Positions 55,823-64,000 of a stretch of 64,000 nt of DNA are shown one piece after another. Numbering within the stretch: the stretch's first letter is position 1; every line of letters begins with the position of its first letter. The DNA comes from Eledone cirrhosa (Eukaryota), in the NCBI GenBank assembly GCA_964016885.1, contig OZ024741.1, positions 100,688,001 through 100,752,000 on the forward strand, in the 5' to 3' direction. Below the pieces are notes generated by a model, which was not told the origin of the DNA, did no database searches, and saw only the letters and a program-made list of their open reading frames with translations. A program made the position numbers and the translations under genes.

Positions 55823-57171
55823 CCTTAATGTATTTCTCATGGGGATTCAGTGTAACAGTGTGACAAGTTTGGCTTTTGGAATTACAGGTACAGTTCATCT
55901 GGCATGTTTCCAAACAGCTTCCATCTACACAATGCTGTGTCCTCATGATATATGTACTCAGTACCTGAGTACATATATCATGAGGTATATGTACTCAGGT
56001 CCTGGCTGGTTGGCATGTAACAAAATAACTGTTTAGTAGGTTCTAATCCCATTGAATATCCAACCAGTTTTTAGAGGATTGGCTCAAGATTTCTGCGCAA
56101 AGATGCAAGAAAATAGAAGTGCACTCATCTTCATTTAACCCTTTCCTTAATTTATTTCTAATGAAATACATCATATTACAATTAACCAAATAAGAATTTC
56201 AAGAAATTTATTAAAATTATTTTATGTCATTATTAAGTTGGTATTTATAGCATAACTTAAAAGGCTCTTATTTCAAATTATGTTGGAAGATTTTAATCCT
56301 TTCATTCCCTAATGAAAGACACTACATATTTTCATATAATTTTTTAAATAATCAAGAATTTGGAGGGATTATGATGGAAGGTTTTTAGTTAAATATAAGC
56401 ACTTTAAAATAAATTACTTTTATTCATAGAATCAGGGCCAGTTTCAGGCAGTTTTAAACATGGTTTTTATATTCAGGCAAATAGACATGGTTTTTATATC
56501 ATAAAACTTGAGAAGCAGTTTGTGACAACTTGGTATCAAAAACAAAAAAGTTAACATATGTTCAGGCAACAATTACTGTGTGGTGGGTGGGAGCTGGAAT
56601 TGTGAGAAACTCAGAAACAAAGACTGGCTTTTTGTAATCAATGACAAATGAAACATATAGCAATCAAATTGATTAGTATGGAAAATGAAGCAGAAAATAT
56701 AGTAAAGCAGCAAAGGTTTATATTCCCCAATCACATTTTTTTACTACCTTTATTAAGTAAGGTAATGAAATTACATATATAAAATCTGGTTCTGAGGTAT
56801 TGTCCAAGGACATTGAAATTACAATAAATATGAATTAACAATTAACAGAGTTTACAACTAAGTTACAAAACTTTTTATTATTACTGAAATCATTCCAATT
56901 ACTTATATACTCAAATATTATTACAATTATTGTTATACATACACTAATTCTACAATATACTAGCTAGTATTATTACAGTAACTGCTAAACACACATCGTT
57001 GTTCTTAAAATAACTACTATACATTCACTAGCAAGTATTATTACAGAACTGTTATACATCCACTAGTATTTCAATAACTCTTATACATACACTAGTAATG
57101 CCATGCTAACTTATTACATATATTAGAATTATAACAATAGCTTATATACCATAGTATTATTAAAATAACTG

Positions 57172-57209
<38 letters not shown>

Positions 57210-57628
57210 TAGTATTATTACAACTGTTATATATTCTAATGTTAGTACAATAAATATTATACATTCCCTGCTATAACACATTGTTATGTCAGTAAATTAC
57301 AACTTAAAAATACAACTAGCTTTAGAAAAAATATTTAAAATGTAAATTTAGCTTCATAAATTTTAAAATAGATCATGATCATCATCATTAGGTTTGTTTG
57401 TTTGTTTTTGTTGATTGATTTATTTCTTATATTAACATTTTTTTTTTTATTTCACTTTGTCATATGTAATGTCTATACTACCTGGTTAAATGTCAAAATG
57501 TCAAACTCAACTTTTCTTGCTCTACTTGAATATCATCATTTAAATGGTACTTTGCTATATATATTTTTAGTACACCTTCTTTACATTCTACTTCCAGTAT
57601 TGAGTCTACCGATTACCATTATATAGGG

Positions 57629-57775
57629 ATGTGTGTGCATATATATATATATGTGTGTATATATGTGTGTGTATATATATGCGTGTATGTATATATATAT
57701 ATATGTGTATATATGTATATATATATATATGTGTATATATGTATATATATATATATGTGTATATATGTATATATA

Positions 57776-57808
<33 letters not shown>

Positions 57809-57991
57809 GTGTATATATGCATATATATATATATGTGTGTATATATATATATATGTGTGTATATATATATATATGTGTGTATATATATATATATGTGTAT
57901 ATATGCATATATATATATGTGTATATATGCATATATATATATATATGTGTATATATGCATATATATATATATGTGTATATATGCATATATA

Positions 57992-58048
<57 letters not shown>

Positions 58049-58365
58049 GTGTATATATGTATATATGCATATATATATATATATGTGTATATATATATAT
58101 ATGTGTATATATGCATATATATATATGTGTATATATATATATATATGTGTATATATGCATATATATATATATGTATATATATATGTGTATATATATATGT
58201 ATATATATATGTGTATATATATATGTATATATATATGTGTATATATATGTGTATATATATGTGTGTGTGTATATATCTATATGTGTGTGTGTATATATCT
58301 ATATGTGTATATATATGTGTGTGTGTATATATATACATATGTATATATGCATGTGTGTGTATACA
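57629..58365. repeat. Long compound (TA)/(TG) microsatellite
   Basis: Direct reading; source of the YI/VC/HT pseudo-ORFs. Confidence 0.95.
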
Positions 58366-58660
58366 CACTTAAATGTTTATATGGTTTATCACATGATTTA
58401 TTACAAGATATATTATTGGTATTGATAATCAGTAAATGTGATAATTATGAAAGGCTATTGAGTAATTGAATATCGCTGTTAGTTACTGGTAGTATTGTTG
58501 AATACCCTTGTTTATATGACATATATTATCTGACTATGTTATCTAACTTGTTATTATATGCACCCTTTCATCCCTGTCCAATTTCAATAATTTAATTTTT
58601 TGTTGTTAATAATTTTTTAATCTTTTTGGTCCTTTTATATCCTCTATACACCCTACACTC

Positions 58661-58705
<45 letters not shown>

Positions 58706-60752
58706 TGGCCCCTCATTCTCTTTGCACATGTTTTTCTTTAGCAATCCATTCCCATCCTCCTATCTACCCACCCGCCACCGCTATCCAGTTACCCAGTCTC
58801 ACTTCTGCATCTTCCTTCCCTCCATTTCTGTGGCTGTCACACATCAATGCTCCCAGCCAAGGCTGGTGCCCATATATTTAGCACCCTAGATTAGTCCTGG
58901 AATGTGCACCACAGCCTTCCAAATATCATAATTTCAACTTGCACTTTGGCAAGCTGACAAACCTAGTTTTTGACACTTCTTGCTCTAATCATATGAAGAA
59001 AATTACTAAACCTGTATTTTCTACTATACAGTCCACACTCACCCATGTCAAATCATGTTAGATGTCATGACACTATATGATTCTCTCAGCCACTTTGGAC
59101 ATTTTCACAATGCTGCTATACAACAAAGGTGTTAAGTGATTTAATAATAAATACGAAGACCAAAATCCGAAGAGGGCTCAATAAGGATTGTATATATATA
59201 TATATATAAACTCAGAGCAAATATTTATTATTAGTACGGAAGATCCCGTAATAGGGTGAAAGCAGAAATTTGTTACTTAAACTTTAATCTGTGCTAATAA
59301 TAAATATATAATAAAGTTAATTATATAAATTTCTATAAAACAATGCTCCTTTAAGGTTCAGTAATGCACATCTCTAGGGTCTGTGCCCTAGGCAGCTGCG
59401 TAGTTGGCCTAATGGTAGCATCAGCCCTTCTCCCATCCCATTTTATTTACTTTACCAGCCTGCCTCTATCCATGTTGTAGACAGTAAACTTACTTTCTCA
59501 GATAAACTCACTGTTTACTGATCTATATTTAATTAATTCTCATCACTGTCCATCCTTTAGAACCCGAAACTGGCCAGGTCCCATCTGAGAATTGTGACTT
59601 TCTGTTGCGTGTAAGGCCAGGTAATATAAATATATATATATGTGTGTGTGTGTGTATGTATATATATATATGTATATATATATATGTGTGTATGTATACC
59701 ATTTCTCTCCAGTGCCAGCTGCTGGCTTGCACCAAACATTGTTTTATATTGTATCCACTCTGTATTGTCCTCATTGACAAAAACACTCAAACACTCAAAC
59801 ACTCTCCTCACCATTCACTGTTTCAACTGTTTTGGTCACTAGATTTCATTTTCGTTCACTTCATGCAACTCTTTCCATCTCCACCCCCCACCTCTCTCTC
59901 TCCCTCCCTCCCTACTGCTAACCCAATCTCTCAGCCATTGACCCACCCTGTCCAGCAAAATAATTTTATTCTTACTCCCTTCACCAAATGGGTAGAACAT
60001 GTTTTTTTTTTGTTATTTTGTTTTTCACTTTCTTCCTAATCCCTTATTGTCACTTAAAATTTCTGTTATATATTATAATTTGGTTTTCTAATTAATAAAT
60101 TTCCTAATGAAAACCATATTCTCTGTTGTTCCAAAGATGAATTCCTCCTCTCTTAAGTTTCTTACTGTATAACTTTGGACAGATGCTACATCTGGGCTCA
60201 TGTGCAAGCTGAGTTCTCTGCCGTTGCTTACTGAAAGAAACTTAGATTTGCCAGCCCATCTGGATGCTATGGGGTTTGTCGACCCTAACTACTAATTGGA
60301 TGTGGTTTATGTGTGTGTGCGTGTACGCTGTCTACCAACGCCTCCACATCATACACATGAGAAAGCTTCCATTGTTCACTACTACTTCTACTACTACTAC
60401 TACTACTACTACTACTATGTAAAATGATGTCTTAAAACATGGTGAGTTTACAACCATCTTCCAAATGACTTATTTCAATCAGCTGACTTAAATCTTTGTA
60501 AACACCTGGCTTACATGAATTTTAGTACTAGTTAATTTATAGTAATGGTATTTATCCTACCTTTTATTAATTCCCAAATCTCTCATCTCCCTTTTCTATC
60601 TCTATCTTTTTCTTTCTATCTCTCTCTCTCTCTCACACACCACACACACACATATACATCCCTAACCTTATCCCATCTTCAAATGCATGTCAAGTTATAC
60701 CAACTGTTTGATATTGTATCCTTTGACAGGTGTGCCTATATATCTATATAAA

Positions 60753-60786
<34 letters not shown>

Positions 60787-60815
60787 CTCTGCCCAAAATT
60801 CCAACCTTGAACATA

Positions 60816-60963
<148 letters not shown>

Positions 60964-63380
60964 GATACAATAAGGAATATTCAATAGTGTTAGAAATTAT
61001 GGAGGTTAATATAGAATTTAAAACCCCCCAGCCCACCCCCAAAATAGGGGACAATATTGGCTTTGTTGTGGCATTGTTATGCTTGCATAATCTGTAAAAT
61101 GTTCTGTTATTTTTGTTCCAAAGCTTAAAATATAGCAAACAGTATTGGGACCAGAAATGGAATTGAATAATACAATACTTATAGAGAGATAGATATAGAT
61201 AACTTGAACCTTTTATTATTTTTATCGTTTTCAACCCTTTTGGTTTTATATATAGAGAATTCTAAATTTAATTCTCTCTCTGATTCTTCCTTTCTTTCTT
61301 CTTTCTGATCTTAACATTCTTTGAAATATTTTTTCTTTTCCCTTTTTTTTTTTTTTTTATTGATTTTTATATTTTTCTGATTTAAATTCTGAAAGTTATT
61401 TTGAACAACTCAAGTATTGAGGAGATATCTAGAAATATATATTTCATTAGCATCTGTCTTTGCCCCATACACTCCCAAAAAAGTGAATGGTGGGTGGAAC
61501 TGTTTTTGGTGTTTTTTGTTTTTTTTTATTTATTTTCTTTTCCATTATAATTCTTTACTGGTTTCAATCAGTCTTTAAACTGCATCCATTTTCTAGCACC
61601 ACCTTCAAAATTATATTGACCCCCAACACTTAATCTAATAATAAATTTATCAATTTGGAAGAAGAGAAGACAAATCCATTGCCAATTGTTAATGTTTTCT
61701 CCTTTTTGAACCCTATTCTTGGGATATGCATCCATCCCATACCTCCCAGAACAGGTCCCAGGCCCATCGCCAGTCTTTTTGGTTTTAGATGGTGATTGCA
61801 ATATATTTTTCAAATGGGTCCTTCTATCTACTACCGAAACACTTTTCTTGTTACCCCCCCATGAAAGATGATGCAGTATGATTGCTTTTATTGAATCTGA
61901 CCATACTCTAATTTTTAATGGGTCTTACTCATGCCATCACTAATTTGGTAGTTTTTTCAGACCTCACTTGGAGATCCATCCAGATTGTTTGGAGACAGTT
62001 CTTTTAGGTGTCTGAGGACTCTGTCCCCCCCCCCTCCCCATCCCCAGACCATTTCAAGAATCAGTGGGTCAAGAAGATCATCAATCTGATTTGAACTCAG
62101 AATGTAAAGCAACCTAGCCAAATACTGCATCTCCATTGTTCTACCAATGTACAATTCCACCATTGTATATGTATGTTTGTGTATATTATATACATTCATC
62201 TGATGGGCTTCCATACAGTTTCCATATACCAAATTTCACTCATAAAGCTTTTTGTCAAGATCTTATGGCATAAGATATTCACCCATGGTGTTATACTGTA
62301 GAATGAGGCCTATAAACCTGTGATTGGAAAGCACACTCCTTAACAGTATGGACACACAAATTTTTTTTTTAAATTATCTAGCATTTGCTAGACTTTAGTA
62401 ATAACCATATAATCAAGCCAACCATTTTCAATTCCCTGCAAGATGAAACCTCCACCACTATGATAGTTTTAGGCCTACCTGATGTTCAAAGCCTGATGGA
62501 GTTCAATTTTGATTTCTAATCTTCTTTGGTGATAAAATAGGCGATTAATTCAATTGATTATAACCCCTTCCTTCTAAGTCTGTGACTTTCTGCCAATGCA
62601 ATATCTCTTTATCCAAGTATGTTAGATGAGTGTTGGATAAACAAATGACTGTGTATTGTCAGTGATTATTATCTGTGGAAGAGGAAGACATAGGAAGAAA
62701 TAATTAGTGACATCTCAGAAGACCAAGGGGATTTAGTGATATGTCGGATGGTTTAAGGTATTCAACACATGGGTGCAGGCATGGCTGTGTGGTTAAGAAG
62801 TTTGCTTCAGAACAAATTCCACAAGATATTCTACCTGTGGCTCTAATGATTCAGCTTGTTTACCACATATTGGCCATAGTATCACTTCTAAATAATCAAT
62901 ATTCAATACTATTCTAACTTAACCAATATATTGGTCTAATGTACCACCCCATGTAACACTCTCTAAACCTGGTCATTGACTGCCCTTAGTAGAGTTCAGG
63001 CCAGAACCCCACTGAACTTCCTGTCCAACACATTTGACCAACTGATATTCCAGCTAGACATTAACTACCTTAATCTCACCAGTCTGATAAGGCCGGCATA
63101 GCTCAGGGGCATTGTTTCTCTTTTTGTAACCATTTTATAAAAAGTATTCTACATATCTAATACCATTAACACTCAAGTAAAGTGGTAGTGGTGATACCAT
63201 GAAAAAAAATCCTATTCAATACACTCTGTAAAGTAGTTGGCCTTAGGAAGGGCATCCAGCCTTAGAAACCCTACCAAATACAGAGCATTTGAGTAAGATG
63301 GCTCAATACAACCCATGATAGTGTTGAAAGCAAACATAAAATGATCATCATTGTCTTATGTATGCATATATATATATATA

Positions 63381-64000
63381 CAGGGTATGGACGATATTTG
63401 TTTGCAAGATTACTGTCAAGGAAAAAATAACACTAGTTTTATTTTGTAAGATATATTTTTAAGATATATGACTTAGTGGTTAGAGCATTGGCCTTGCAAT
63501 CGGAAGGTTGTGAGTTCAATTCTCAGACCGGGTGATGTGTTGTTTCCTTGAGCAAGACACTTTTTTCACATTGCTCCAGTTTACTCAGCTGTAGAAATGA
63601 GATGATAGGGACTGGGGTCCATATCATTCCACTGCAAAGTGGTCGTGCAGGTGCCATGGCAAAAAAGCACCCAGCACTTACTGTAAATGAGGTTCGTGTT
63701 AGGAAGGGCACCCAGCTGTAGAAATCAAGCCAGAATCAGTTCCCGTCCCAACCTTGCAAGCAGGGAAAAAGCGGACGTAAAATGAAATGATAATGATGAT
63801 TTATCAAACTTGGGTCAGTTTGTCTTCATGACTTGTTCTTTCGATCTCACTCGATAAACCCGCCATTGGCTTTGATGATGGCCTCAGGGTGGCCTCGGAA
63901 CCAGCTACATGCCTTCGTCACTGTCCCCCGACTTAGGCCCCTAAAGGCACTTGTGATCCTGGCCTTCAGATCGTCTTTTGTATTGCAGCTAAATCTGTTG
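63381..64000 (-). mobile_element. Tc1/mariner-superfamily transposon 3' end, interrupted by a SINE
   Basis: Minus strand NRFSCNTKDDLKARIT...VTKACSWFRGHPEAIIKANGGFIE* (stop 63847-63849) is a transposase C-terminus; TA|CAGGGT terminus at 63381. Confidence 0.7.
63463..63800 (+). mobile_element. tRNA/CORE-like SINE with RTE subfamily-B 3' tail
   Basis: Same head as the 6034 SINE, then sequence matching the 3' UTR of LINE 6648-8306 and a GAT tail. Confidence 0.8.

Noticed and set aside
57606-58469. Long ORFs of 184-278 aa (also 27524-29023, 1298-1636, 60687-61234)
   Set aside because: Translations of TA/TG/CATA/CT microsatellites.

Overview
Eukaryotic, AT-rich, microsatellite- and transposon-dense DNA, most consistent with a coleoid cephalopod (Octopus-like) genome. 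The window lies inside one large + strand gene for the netrin receptor DCC/neogenin/frazzled. Reading splice sites by hand gives a phase-consistent exon chain: transmembrane exon 9303-9462, P1-motif exon 10896-11134 (KDVKPPDLWIHHDQMEMKN), 12203-12313, 14026-14190, two small candidate in-frame cassette exons (20855-20893 and 28139-28204/28219), 30950-31381 and 47472-47620. The ectodomain exons and the terminal P3 exon were not found and probably lie outside the window. The introns hold 5'-truncated RTE-clade LINEs whose ORF carries a PHD-like finger, several tRNA-derived SINE families (one uses an RTE 3' UTR as its tail), piggyBac/hAT/Tc1-mariner MITEs, minisatellites and several fold-back hairpins. 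Most ORF-track entries are microsatellite or antisense artefacts. I found no prokaryote-style novel system. The best leads are the modular symmetric-exon cytoplasmic tail, inverted LINE pairs bracketing exons, a pre-miRNA-like hairpin and palindromic hammerhead-like relics.
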